DNA of 64,000 nt from Bacillota bacterium. Its GTDB lineage: Bacteria > Bacillota > Halanaerobiia > Halanaerobiales > M55B127. Shown here in pieces: positions 49,929 through 59,077 of the stretch; the first letter of the stretch is position 1; the number at the start of each line of letters is the position of its first letter. Where the stretch lies: the NCBI GenBank assembly GCA_051745185.1, contig JBNJDV010000003.1, positions 441 to 64,440 on the forward strand, given 5' to 3'. The notes beneath the pieces were generated by a model that was not told the origin of the DNA, ran no database searches, and worked only from the letters and a program-made list of their open reading frames with translations. Made by a program: the position numbers and the translations under genes.

Positions 49929-51221
49929 TTATTTAATTAATTCATCTAATTTTTTATAAAAATTTGGAAATGAGTTATCAATAGACTGTATATTATCTAC
50001 TTTTAAACCATTTTTAGAAATTAAAGCTAATATGGAAAAAGCCATTGCCATTCTATGGTCTTCAAATGAATTAATTAAAGAATTATTTTCTATAATTTGA
50101 GGGCCTTTGATTTTAAATCCATCTTTAAAAATTTCATAATCAAGCTTCAATTTCTTAAAAGCTTTATTTAAAACAAGAAGTCGGTCACTTTCTTTTACTC
50201 TTAATTCATCTGCTGATCTTACTTCCGTTTCTCCTTGAGCTTTCAAAGCCAAGATGGCTATTAAAGGTATTTCATCAATCATTTTGGGAATTAAACTTTC
50301 ACTAACCTTTGTTCCTTTTAATTTGCTATATTTAACTAAAAGATTACCTACAGGCTCTTTATTAATATTTTGAAGATCTAAGATTTCTATATTTGCACCC
50401 ATATTTTTTACAACATCTAAAAAACCTGTCCTAGTGGAGTTTAAACTAACATTTTTTATTACTATTTCACTATTTGGAACTAATAATGCGGCAGTAATAA
50501 AAAATGCTGCTTGTGAAAAATCACCAGGAATATTATATTTAAAGTTAGGAATTTTTATATCTCTAGAGTCAAAAATAATATTTTTCCCGCCAAATTCTAT
50601 ATCTAACCCTAATTGTTTCATTAATACTTCTGTATGGTTTCTTGAGATTTTAGGTTCTTCTATTTTTATTTTATCACCAGTATAAATATTTGCTAATAAT
50701 AATGCGGATTTAACTTGAGCGCTTGCAACCGGTAATTTATAGTCTATTGCATTCAATTTAGCTGGTTTTATATTTAAAGGGCAGTACAAATTATCTTGAC
50801 CAGTTATTTCTGCTCCCATTATTTTTAAAGGTCTGATTATACGGTCCATTGGTCGTTTTCTTAAAGATTTATCTCCATCAAGAGTTATATCAATACCTGC
50901 ACCTGATATAAGTCCACTTAATAATCTCATCGTAGTTCCCGAATTACCACAATATATTGTATCTTGAGAAGATTTTAATCCATTAATACCCTTTCCTTCA
51001 ACGATATAGCTGTTATTGTCTTTTTTTATATCTACTCCCATATTTTTAAATGCATCTAATGTATTTTTAGTATCTTTAGCCTCTAATAAATTATTGATTC
51101 TAGAGATGCCATTACCTATTGAGGCAAAGATTATACTTCGATGTGAAATTGATTTATCAGCTGGAAGATATATATTACCTTTTAAACTATTATTTTTATT
51201 AATCTTAATCTCTTTTAGCAT
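49929..51221 (-). CDS. aroA: 3-phosphoshikimate 1-carboxyvinyltransferase (EPSP synthase)
   Basis: 430 aa with LPADKSISHRS, GNSGTTMRLL, LRVKESDR and DHRMAMAF. Confidence 0.93.
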   Translation of the reverse strand: MLKEIKINKNNSLKGNIYLPADKSISHRSIIFASIGNGISRINNLLEAKDTKNTLDAFKNMGVDIKKDNNSYIVEGKGINGLKSSQDTIYCGNSGTTMRLLSGLISGAGIDITLDGDKSLRKRPMDRIIRPLKIMGAEITGQDNLYCPLNIKPAKLNAIDYKLPVASAQVKSALLLANIYTGDKIKIEEPKISRNHTEVLMKQLGLDIEFGGKNIIFDSRDIKIPNFKYNIPGDFSQAAFFITAALLVPNSEIVIKNVSLNSTRTGFLDVVKNMGANIEILDLQNINKEPVGNLLVKYSKLKGTKVSESLIPKMIDEIPLIAILALKAQGETEVRSADELRVKESDRLLVLNKAFKKLKLDYEIFKDGFKIKGPQIIENNSLINSFEDHRMAMAFSILALISKNGLKVDNIQSIDNSFPNFYKKLDELIK

Positions 51222-51233
51222 AACAAATATTCC

Positions 51234-52202
51234 TTACTTTTTTAGGCTATTAACAAGGTCTTTAAAATTATCAATATTTAAAGACTGAGGGCCGTCACTT
51301 AGGGCTAATTCAGGCTGGGGATGTACCTCAACCATTACACCTTGTGCTTTTAGGGCTCTTGCAGCCTGTACAGCTGGTTTGATAAGATCCCACTTTCCAG
51401 TACCATGGCTTGGATCAATTATAATAGGATAATCACTTAGTCTTTTTAATATTGGTACTGACATTAAATCTAAAGTATATCTAGTATAATTTTCAAAGGT
51501 TCTAATCCCACGCTCACAGAGAATAATATTTTTATTACCATTTTTATAGATATACTCTGCAGCCATTATAAACTCCTCATAAGAGGCACTCATTCCTCTT
51601 TTTAATAAGATCGGTTTATTAACTTCTCCCAGTTCTTTTAATAGACTGTAGTTATACATATTACGTGAACCTACCTGTAATATATCAGAGTATTGTGCAA
51701 CTATCTCAATATTTTTAATATCCATAACTTCTGTTATTATCTTAAAGCTATATTCATCAGCAATATCTTTAAGTAGCTTTAACCCTTTTTCTTTTAAACC
51801 TTGAAATTGATATGGAGAAGTTCTTGGTTTAAACGCTCCACCTCTAATAAACTTTATCTTCATTTTAGCTAAATTTTCTCCCAAAGTTTTCATCTGTTCT
51901 CTGTTTTCAACAGAACAAGGGCCGGCTATTATATTAAAGTCTTCTTCTTTAAAAAACATTTCGTTGTTCAATTTTATATATCTATTTTTATTTAGATATT
52001 TTTCAGCCTTTTCCTCTTTTAGAATGGTAACCGGATTAAATTCATTTTCTATTTTATTAAATAAACTATCATCCTGTTTTGAAATAATAATTACACCCGG
52101 ATTATTTTTATTTATTCTAACTAAAAAATTTATATTCTTTTGTTTTAAATATTCTTTTAAGTTGTAGTAGTTTTTATTTTTACTCTTATACTTTACAATC
52201 AT
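51234..52202 (-). CDS. 3-deoxy-7-phosphoheptulonate (DAHP) synthase, type I-beta, with an N-terminal ~90-aa regulatory-type extension
   Basis: The core contains IAGPCSVEN, RGGAFKPRTSPY, KRG and DPSH. The N-terminal extra domain is arranged as in Thermotoga-type DAHPS. Confidence 0.85.
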   Translation of the reverse strand: MIVKYKSKNKNYYNLKEYLKQKNINFLVRINKNNPGVIIISKQDDSLFNKIENEFNPVTILKEEKAEKYLNKNRYIKLNNEMFFKEEDFNIIAGPCSVENREQMKTLGENLAKMKIKFIRGGAFKPRTSPYQFQGLKEKGLKLLKDIADEYSFKIITEVMDIKNIEIVAQYSDILQVGSRNMYNYSLLKELGEVNKPILLKRGMSASYEEFIMAAEYIYKNGNKNIILCERGIRTFENYTRYTLDLMSVPILKRLSDYPIIIDPSHGTGKWDLIKPAVQAARALKAQGVMVEVHPQPELALSDGPQSLNIDNFKDLVNSLKK

Positions 52203-52207
52203 TTTAT

Positions 52208-52576
52208 TTACTCCTCAGATAAAAAGTTTAAATCCTCTCTTAGTTTTGCAGCTTTATTTAAATATATATGCTTAACATCATTTTTAACTTTTTCATTGTT
52301 AATTAGCATCATTACTCTGATACATTTATTTAATGAATCTTTTACTTTCATTTCCTGTAAACACATAATTGAAGTTTTGTTAAAACCAATATCTCTTACT
52401 GCTTGGCCTGGATATACTTGATCAAGATCATCAGTTGTAGAAAAGATAAAACTAATTATTTCTTCTTGTTTTAAACTGTTTTGCTCTATTATTTCATTTA
52501 TTAACTGTTTAACAGCTTTTAAAATATTATGTTTATCATTAGCATCAACTGTTATAGCCCCTCTAATAGTATACAT
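52208..52576 (-). CDS. aroH: Chorismate mutase, AroH type
   Basis: 122 aa beginning MYTIRGAITVDANDK. The size and pattern match monofunctional AroH. Confidence 0.85.
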   Translation of the reverse strand: MYTIRGAITVDANDKHNILKAVKQLINEIIEQNSLKQEEIISFIFSTTDDLDQVYPGQAVRDIGFNKTSIMCLQEMKVKDSLNKCIRVMMLINNEKVKNDVKHIYLNKAAKLREDLNFLSEE

Positions 52577-52605
52577 AAATTATAGCTCCTTTTTCAATAA
52601 AAATA

Positions 52606-52622
52606 CACCCTAATATAGGGTG
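52606..52622 (-). terminator. Hairpin with a U-tract after rnc
   Basis: Minus RNA CACCCUA-UAU-UAGGGUG followed by UAUUUUUAUU. It ends about 20 nt before the aroH SD. Confidence 0.65.
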
Positions 52623-52638
52623 CATAAAAGTTTAAAGA

Positions 52639-53346
52639 TTAGTTTTCAAGTTGTTCTAAAGCATATTTTGCTGCTTTTTGTTCGGCCTCTTTTTTACTTT
52701 TACCTTTTCCAAAACCGAGTTCTTTGTTTTCAAAATACACTACTACATAAAATTCCTTGTTGTGATCAGGTCCTCTTTCTTTTACAACCTCATATTCGGG
52801 TCTATCATTACTATTTTTTTGAATTACTTCTTGTAACATTGTTTTGTAGTCTTGAATATAATTACCATTATCAACTTCAAATATAAAAGATTTAAAGTTG
52901 TTAATAATAAATTCAAAAGCATAATCAAAACCTTTATCTAAATAAATTGCACCAAGAATTGCTTCCATTGTATCAGCTAATATTGAATTTCTGTTTCTTC
53001 CTCCAGATAATTCTTCACCTTTACCTAATAAAAGGTGTCGGCCAACATCAATCTCTAAAGCTTTTTCTGCTAATACAGGTGCACTTACAATTACAGATCT
53101 TATTTTTGCTAACTTACCTTCTTTATAATTATCATACTTATTAAAAATATAAGTGCTAATTGATAAACTCAACACTGAATCTCCTAAAAATTCAAGTCTT
53201 TCATTATCTTTTATATTAAGGTCAGAATTTTCATTTGCAAATGATTTATGTGTTAGGGCACGTCTTAATAGTTTTTTATCGCTAAATATAGTATCTAATT
53301 TATTTTCTAATTCGTTTAACTTTTTTTCTGCAAAAAAATCTTTCAT
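52639..53346 (-). CDS. rnc: Ribonuclease III
   Basis: Signature NERLEFLGDSVL and a C-terminal dsRBD (GPDHNKEF...GKGKSKKEAEQKAA). Confidence 0.95.
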   Translation of the reverse strand: MKDFFAEKKLNELENKLDTIFSDKKLLRRALTHKSFANENSDLNIKDNERLEFLGDSVLSLSISTYIFNKYDNYKEGKLAKIRSVIVSAPVLAEKALEIDVGRHLLLGKGEELSGGRNRNSILADTMEAILGAIYLDKGFDYAFEFIINNFKSFIFEVDNGNYIQDYKTMLQEVIQKNSNDRPEYEVVKERGPDHNKEFYVVVYFENKELGFGKGKSKKEAEQKAAKYALEQLEN

Positions 53347-53389
53347 TAAAATTTCACCACACCTATTATAATGTTTTCTTAATCAATGA

Positions 53390-53419
53390 GGGGTATAATA
53401 AATATAAGTATTATACCCC
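53390..53419 (-). terminator. Hairpin between acpP and rnc (possible partial terminator or processing site)
   Basis: 11-bp stem GGGGUAUAAUA/UAUUAUACCCC with an 8-nt loop. The tail CAUUGAUU is not U-rich. Confidence 0.45.
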
Positions 53420-53438
53420 CTATGTTTTATATTAAAGT

Positions 53439-53675
53439 TTAAAGATTTTCCTCAATATATTCAACTGCATCAGATACAGTTGCGATCTCCTCAGCGTCTT
53501 CATCAGGAATTTCAATATCAAATTCCTCTTCTAAAGCCATAATAAGCTCAACAACATCTAATGAATCAGCACCAAGATCGTCAATAAATGAGGCATCTTC
53601 AGTGATTTCATCCTCTGAAATTGCAAGTTCTTCTGATACTACTTTTACTATTCTATCATATACTTCTGCCATCAT
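53439..53675 (-). CDS. acpP: Acyl carrier protein
   Basis: Phosphopantetheine site [19 protein letters not shown]. The track GTG (53681) lies inside the SD GGAGGTG. The start is the ATG at 53675 or the one at 53672. Confidence 0.93.
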   Translation of the reverse strand: MMAEVYDRIVKVVSEELAISEDEITEDASFIDDLGADSLDVVELIMALEEEFDIEIPDEDAEEIATVSDAVEYIEENL

Positions 53676-53687
53676 TTTCACCTCCTT

Positions 53688-54431
53688 TCACATTAACATA
53701 CCTCCATCGATATTTATAGTTTGACCATTTACGTAATTAGCTAATGGAGATACCAAAAACAATATTACATTTGCAACATCTTCAACTTCTCCAAATCTAT
53801 TTAAAGGAATATTATCTAACATTTCTTCTTTTACATTTTCAGGTAGGTCATCGGTCATATCAGTTGTGATATAACCTGGTGCTACAACATTCACATTAAT
53901 TCCTCTTTTAGAAACCTCTTTTGCTACTGATTTGGAAAAACCAACTACACCAGCTTTTGAAGCAGCATAATTAGCTTGTCCGGCATTACCCATTAATCCA
54001 ACAACAGAACTTAAATTAACAATTTTGCCATTTCTTTGTTTCATCATATATCGAATTGCATGTTTTGTACAGTTAAAAGTACCCTTTAAATTAACATTCA
54101 CTACATCTTCAAAGTCTTTTTCTTTCATTCTTAATAATAGACCATCTTTTGTAATTCCTGCATTATTGACTAAAATATCTATTTTACCAAACTCTTTTAC
54201 AGTTGTTTTTATTAATTTTTTTGCCTGTTTGTTATCAGATACATTGCCCTGTATTACTAGAGCTTTTCTGCCAAGTTCTCTAATCTTTTCAGCAGTTTTT
54301 TCTGCACTTTTTTTATCACTATTATAATTAACTACTAGGTCTGCCCCTTCTTCAGCCAATTTTATTGCTGTAGCTGCACCTATACCTCGAGAACTTCCAG
54401 TTACAACAGCAACTTGTCCTTCTAAAAGCAA
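53688..54431 (-). CDS. fabG: 3-oxoacyl-ACP reductase
   Basis: Contains TGSSRGIG, NNAG and YAASKAG. The start is re-set to the TTG at 54431, 8 nt after AAAGGAG and downstream of the upstream gene's stop. This gives 247 aa. Confidence 0.9.
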   Translation of the reverse strand: MLLEGQVAVVTGSSRGIGAATAIKLAEEGADLVVNYNSDKKSAEKTAEKIRELGRKALVIQGNVSDNKQAKKLIKTTVKEFGKIDILVNNAGITKDGLLLRMKEKDFEDVVNVNLKGTFNCTKHAIRYMMKQRNGKIVNLSSVVGLMGNAGQANYAASKAGVVGFSKSVAKEVSKRGINVNVVAPGYITTDMTDDLPENVKEEMLDNIPLNRFGEVEDVANVILFLVSPLANYVNGQTINIDGGMLM

Positions 54432-54450
54432 GTTATCATCTCCTTTTATT

Positions 54451-55257
54451 TTATACATTAAGCGAGCTAACATAAAAGTTAAGATTATTTAAAAATAATC
54501 CTGTGAAATTTTCTATATTTGTATTTAGTTTATTTTGCAGCTCATTTATGTAATTTTCAATCTCTATTCCATATTTTAATACAATTTCTATATTAACACA
54601 AATTTCATTGTCCTTTTTTTCGATTTGTATTGACTTTGTTTCAATATTTTCACTTTCTTTAGAAAGTTCATATGAAATAATATCTTTTAACACATTATTA
54701 TAAATAATAAGGTTGCCAAAGTATGAAAACTTTGGTCTTACAATTGTTTTTTCTTTTTTAATAGACCCTTTTCCTTTTCCAAAAAAAAGTTCTAGTGAGT
54801 GCAAAAAATATCCTGGAAATCTAGACTTAACCTCAATTTTGGGAACTGGTATTACATGTTTTCCTTCGTTTTTTCGAGTTTGAATAGCTTTTTCGATCTC
54901 ATTTTTATTAGCAATTTCATCTATTTTGATAGTTTTATTAATTCCATTTAGTTTTAAATTATCTACAATACGTTCTATCATTCTCATAGATGTACCTAAA
55001 ATCAATATCTTATCTTCATTTACTCTATCTAAGGCCTCAATTAATTCATTGAGATGATCTTCTTCTAATAAAATTGCAGTTCTTATAGCCTGAATCTTTT
55101 TTTGATCCCTTTTAGCTGATTTACCCGCTAAAACTCTCCCATTGTAGATTAAAAGGCCATCATCTAATATAAGAGGGATATCATATTTATCGGCAACAAA
55201 TGCTGCTCTATGGCTTTTTCCTGAACCGCTAACACCTACTAGTCCATATACATACAA
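54451..55257 (-). CDS. Hypothetical fusion: N-terminal P-loop NTPase plus a C-terminal Asp23/Gls24-like (DUF322) domain
   Basis: Walker A GVSGSGKS and a Walker-B-like LILDDG. The C-terminal ~100 aa (KSIQIEKKDNEICVNIEIVLKYGIEIENYINELQNKLNTNIENFTGLFLNNLNFYV) follows the Asp23 pattern V.V.V.YG..I..v...vq..v...ve..TGl.v..vnv.V. Confidence 0.6.
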   Translation of the reverse strand: MYVYGLVGVSGSGKSHRAAFVADKYDIPLILDDGLLIYNGRVLAGKSAKRDQKKIQAIRTAILLEEDHLNELIEALDRVNEDKILILGTSMRMIERIVDNLKLNGINKTIKIDEIANKNEIEKAIQTRKNEGKHVIPVPKIEVKSRFPGYFLHSLELFFGKGKGSIKKEKTIVRPKFSYFGNLIIYNNVLKDIISYELSKESENIETKSIQIEKKDNEICVNIEIVLKYGIEIENYINELQNKLNTNIENFTGLFLNNLNFYVSSLNV

Positions 55258-55280
55258 AATTTACACCCCTTAAAAAATAT

Positions 55281-55309
55281 TCTTAAATTTACTATAAATG
55301 AAAATTGCA
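55281..55309 (-). promoter_or_regulatory. Strong SigA-type promoter for the P-loop/Asp23-fabG-acpP-rnc unit
   Basis: Minus strand reads TTGAAA, a 17-nt spacer, then TATAGT, directly after the terminator of the upstream operon. Confidence 0.65.
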
Positions 55310-55326
55310 TAAATTTCAAGTAATTC

Positions 55327-55365
55327 ATAAAAAAAACCGCTGCCTTTTTTAGGTTGGCAGCGGTT
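55327..55365 (-). terminator. Strong intrinsic terminator closing the fdrA...Mo-hydroxylase operon
   Basis: Minus RNA AACCGCUGCC-(11-nt loop)-GGCAGCGGUU followed by UUUUUUU. Confidence 0.85.
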
Positions 55366-55384
55366 ATTGTCAGAATTATATTAT

Positions 55385-57715
55385 TTATTTGTTTTTCTTT
55401 TCTTCAATTAATTCAAATAATTTTTCTGGAATTACTGGCATTTCTTTGAGTTGAACACCAATTGCATCCTGTACAGCATTAGCTACTGCAGGTGGGATTG
55501 AAATCATTGGGTGTTCTGCAACACCACGTGCACCATAAGGACCATCTTCCTGTGCATTTTCTATAATAATTGGTGTTAATTCTGGGATATCTGCTATAGA
55601 TGGAACTTTATAGTCAGTAAAGCTGTTAGTTAATAATCTACCATCATCACTGAACTGATATCCTTCCATTACAGCTGAACCATAACCCTGAATTACTCCA
55701 CCTTGAATTTGACCAATTACATTGCTTTCATTGATAACTTTACCAGCATCAAAAGCTGATGCAATTTTTTTAACCTCAAATTCTCCGGTTTCTTCATCAA
55801 CGATTACTTCTACTGCATGAGCACCATAAGTCCAGTCTAATGCAGGATGGCCTTGTCCTGTCTCAGGATCGATGTTTGATAGGCCTTGAGCAATATAATT
55901 ACCTCTTGCTACTAAAGGACCACCAATTGCATTACCATTTGGATAGGTATAACCCATAGCAAGTTCCTTAAAGGTTACATATTGATCTTTATGATGTCTA
56001 ATTTTTACTTTCTCATCTTCGATGATTAAGTCTTCTACAGAAGCTCTAAGTGGTTGTGCAGCTACTTCTTTAAGCTGCTGTGCCATATCTTGGCAAGCCT
56101 TAATAGTAGCATTACCTGACATAAATAGACCTTTAGACGCAACTGTCTGCCAGTCATAAGGTTGTGTCTCTGTATTTTGTTCAAATACAACATTAACCTT
56201 TTCAACAGGCATATTTAACTGATCTGCAACTATTTGAGCTAGGGCAGTATAAGTACCTTGACCATAATCAACTAAGGATACTGTTAAGTTTACAGAACCA
56301 TTTTCATTGAACTTTAAGAATGCTGCAGTACCAGTATTTGTAGGCATTGCAGGAGCTTTGTGTAATAAAGCAATACCCTTGCCACGTTTTTTACCTTCTT
56401 CTAGGTCATCAGAATTTCTGTTGTCATAATCTATTTCTTCAGCAACTGCTTCAAGGCATTCTGTGACCTTACCGTGAGAATCACCGATATGTTCTCCTGT
56501 AATTGTTACAGAACCCCTTCTTAAAGCATTTTTCATTCTTAAGTCATATGGTGACATACCAAGCTCTTCTGCAATTAAGTCCATCTGTCTTTCAACTGCC
56601 CATAAGATTTCAAGATGACCGAAACCTCTATAAGCTGTACCAAATATCTTATTTGTATAAACAGTTTTAGAATCTAATTTAACATTATCTATTTCATATG
56701 GGCCAGCACCGGCTGTTGCAGCAGCTCTAGTAACATTTACACCATAGTCGGCATTAGCACCACTATCCCATAAGAATTCAGTTTCTTGAGCAACTATTTT
56801 ACCATCTTTTGTAACACCTGTTTTTAATTTAGAGAATAGTCCCTGTCTAACAGGTACAGAGTTAAACTCTTCCATTCTAGACATTGTTATTTTTACAGGT
56901 CTACCTTGTGAAGCTCTTGATAAACAGGTTACAAGTGGTTCAAAGTGAATTCCAGCTTTACCACCAAAACCACCACCAACATAAGGTACGGTAACTTCTA
57001 TATCTTCATGGTTTAAATGTAGTCCGTTTGCTAATAGATTTCTTACAGCAAAGGGAGACTGAGCACTTGTCCATATTTTAACTTTTTTTCCTGGCTTCCA
57101 CTGACCAATTGAAGTATGTGTCTCCATTGCAGTATGGTCAACCATTGGTAGATCAAATTCATTTTCTATTATATAGTCTGCTTGTTCAAAACCTTTTTCT
57201 ACATCACCTTTTCTAATTTTGGTGTGATGTGCAATGTTAGTGCCTGCTTTTGGGAAAAAGACAGGAGCACTTTCTAATTCTTCTACTTTTTCATGAACTA
57301 AAGGTGCATCTTCTTTAACAGCATCTCTTACATCAAATACTGCATCTAATTGTTCATATTCTACTTCAATTAAATCAATAGCCTTATCAGCGATTGCTTC
57401 AGTTTCAGCTGCAACAGCTACAACTGGTTCTCCCTGATATCTAACCTTATCTACAGCTAAAATATCTTTATCTACAAGATAAAGCCCAACTTTGTAAGGT
57501 AAGTCTTTACCAGTTAAAACAGTCCATACTCCAGGTAATCTTTCTGCTTTTGAAGTATCTATATTAACAATTTTAGCATGTGCATGAGGACTTAATTTCA
57601 TTTTAGCATATAGCATACCTTGTACTTCCATATCATGTACAAATGTTGCATTACCAGTTACCTTTTCTAATGCTTTTAATCTCTTTACGCTTTTACCAAT
57701 CATTTCTTCAGTCAC
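55385..57715 (-). CDS. Molybdopterin-binding large subunit of a xanthine dehydrogenase/aldehyde oxidase-family hydroxylase
   Basis: 776 aa. N-terminal KRLKALEKVTGNATF is typical of the a/b-hammerhead domain, followed by the GGGFGGK motif. The substrate cannot be inferred from the sequence alone. Confidence 0.85.
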   Translation of the reverse strand: MTEEMIGKSVKRLKALEKVTGNATFVHDMEVQGMLYAKMKLSPHAHAKIVNIDTSKAERLPGVWTVLTGKDLPYKVGLYLVDKDILAVDKVRYQGEPVVAVAAETEAIADKAIDLIEVEYEQLDAVFDVRDAVKEDAPLVHEKVEELESAPVFFPKAGTNIAHHTKIRKGDVEKGFEQADYIIENEFDLPMVDHTAMETHTSIGQWKPGKKVKIWTSAQSPFAVRNLLANGLHLNHEDIEVTVPYVGGGFGGKAGIHFEPLVTCLSRASQGRPVKITMSRMEEFNSVPVRQGLFSKLKTGVTKDGKIVAQETEFLWDSGANADYGVNVTRAAATAGAGPYEIDNVKLDSKTVYTNKIFGTAYRGFGHLEILWAVERQMDLIAEELGMSPYDLRMKNALRRGSVTITGEHIGDSHGKVTECLEAVAEEIDYDNRNSDDLEEGKKRGKGIALLHKAPAMPTNTGTAAFLKFNENGSVNLTVSLVDYGQGTYTALAQIVADQLNMPVEKVNVVFEQNTETQPYDWQTVASKGLFMSGNATIKACQDMAQQLKEVAAQPLRASVEDLIIEDEKVKIRHHKDQYVTFKELAMGYTYPNGNAIGGPLVARGNYIAQGLSNIDPETGQGHPALDWTYGAHAVEVIVDEETGEFEVKKIASAFDAGKVINESNVIGQIQGGVIQGYGSAVMEGYQFSDDGRLLTNSFTDYKVPSIADIPELTPIIIENAQEDGPYGARGVAEHPMISIPPAVANAVQDAIGVQLKEMPVIPEKLFELIEEKKNK

Positions 57716-58188
57716 TATTTGTTACCTCCCTTCTTTTCAGCTGCACGTTTAACTGCATCTCTAATAGAATAATATCCTGTACAGCGACAGATATTACCTG
57801 ATAAAGCAATATCAATATCTTCATCAGAAGGATTAGGATTTCTATCTAATAATGCCTTTGCTGACATAACCATTCCAGGTGTACAAAAACCACATTGGAT
57901 AGCATTTTCTTCAATAAATGCTTCCTGGATATCACTAATCTCTTCACCTATTGATTGTCCTTCAATTGTTTCTATTTCTGAACCATCGGCCTCAACTGCT
58001 AAAATTATACAACTTGTTACAGCTTTACCATCCATAATAACAGTACAAGCACCGCATTCACCTTCTCCACAACCTTCTTTTGCACCTGTGAAGTTTAATT
58101 TTTTTCTAAGAGTATCTAACAGTATTTCATTGTCTTTTACCTCTAACTGAAATTCTCTTCCATTTACTGTTAAATTAATGGTTTTCAT
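57715..58188 (-). CDS. [2Fe-2S]-binding small subunit of the Mo hydroxylase
   Basis: Cys motifs CGEGECGACTV, CGFCTPG and CRCTGY. The stop and start codons overlap with both neighbouring genes. Confidence 0.9.
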   Translation of the reverse strand: MKTINLTVNGREFQLEVKDNEILLDTLRKKLNFTGAKEGCGEGECGACTVIMDGKAVTSCIILAVEADGSEIETIEGQSIGEEISDIQEAFIEENAIQCGFCTPGMVMSAKALLDRNPNPSDEDIDIALSGNICRCTGYYSIRDAVKRAAEKKGGNK

Positions 58189-59042
58189 TACTTATCACCT
58201 GCTTCCCAAAGTTCGGAAAGAATTCTTCTTGCATATACTTGAGACATTTTAATTCTATATTTTTTAGTACTTCTAACATCATCTATAGGATTAATATTAT
58301 TTACAACTTCTTTAAGAATTTTTTCTTCTTTTTCTTCATAACTACCTTCTCCAAAGAAAATATCGCTTACATCTAAATAAACTGGTGTTGGAGCTACAGC
58401 TCCTAGACCAAATGCAAGATATTTTTCTTCTTCAGACAGGTAACCTGCAACACCTATTGCAGATAAGTCAGGTCCTTTAGTTCTTCTTTTTTTGAGATAT
58501 GCCCCTCTTCCATCAGAAGCATGTTTTTGAACTAATAGTCCTTTTACAACTTCATTTTCTTTTAAGGCATTTCTTTTTACTCCAGTTGCAAATTCTTCTA
58601 GAGGAATTTCTCTGCTTCCATCTTTACTTTCAACTAAAACTTTAGTTTTTAATACTAAGAGTCCTGGAAACATATCTGCTCCTGGAGAAGTAGTACATAG
58701 ATTTCCTACAACTGTTGCTCTATTACGAACCTGGTGAGCTGCAACTTCTATAGCTGCATCTGCTAAAACTTTATAATCTTTATTAACCAGTTCACTTTCG
58801 ATTATTTGATTACATGTAACGGTTCCACCAATAAAAAGTCCATTATCTCTTTCTTCAAGTTTAGAAAATTCTTTTAAACCTTTAACATCAATAACATAAT
58901 CAGGTTTTCTAGTCTTGTGTTTCATTTCTACGAAAAGATCAGTACCACCAGCTAATAAGGCTGATTCACCATTATTATTATCTAGAATTTCAAAAACTTC
59001 TTCTAGGGATTCTGGTTTAAAATATTCAATTTCATTAATCAT
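58188..59042 (-). CDS. FAD-binding (CoxM/XdhB-like) subunit of the Mo hydroxylase
   Basis: 284 aa with LLAGGTDL and the CO-dehydrogenase flavoprotein C-terminal pattern. Confidence 0.85.
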   Translation of the reverse strand: MINEIEYFKPESLEEVFEILDNNNGESALLAGGTDLFVEMKHKTRKPDYVIDVKGLKEFSKLEERDNGLFIGGTVTCNQIIESELVNKDYKVLADAAIEVAAHQVRNRATVVGNLCTTSPGADMFPGLLVLKTKVLVESKDGSREIPLEEFATGVKRNALKENEVVKGLLVQKHASDGRGAYLKKRRTKGPDLSAIGVAGYLSEEEKYLAFGLGAVAPTPVYLDVSDIFFGEGSYEEKEEKILKEVVNNINPIDDVRSTKKYRIKMSQVYARRILSELWEAGDK

Positions 59043-59077
59043 TAATATATTTCACCTCCATCAATATCTAAAAAACA

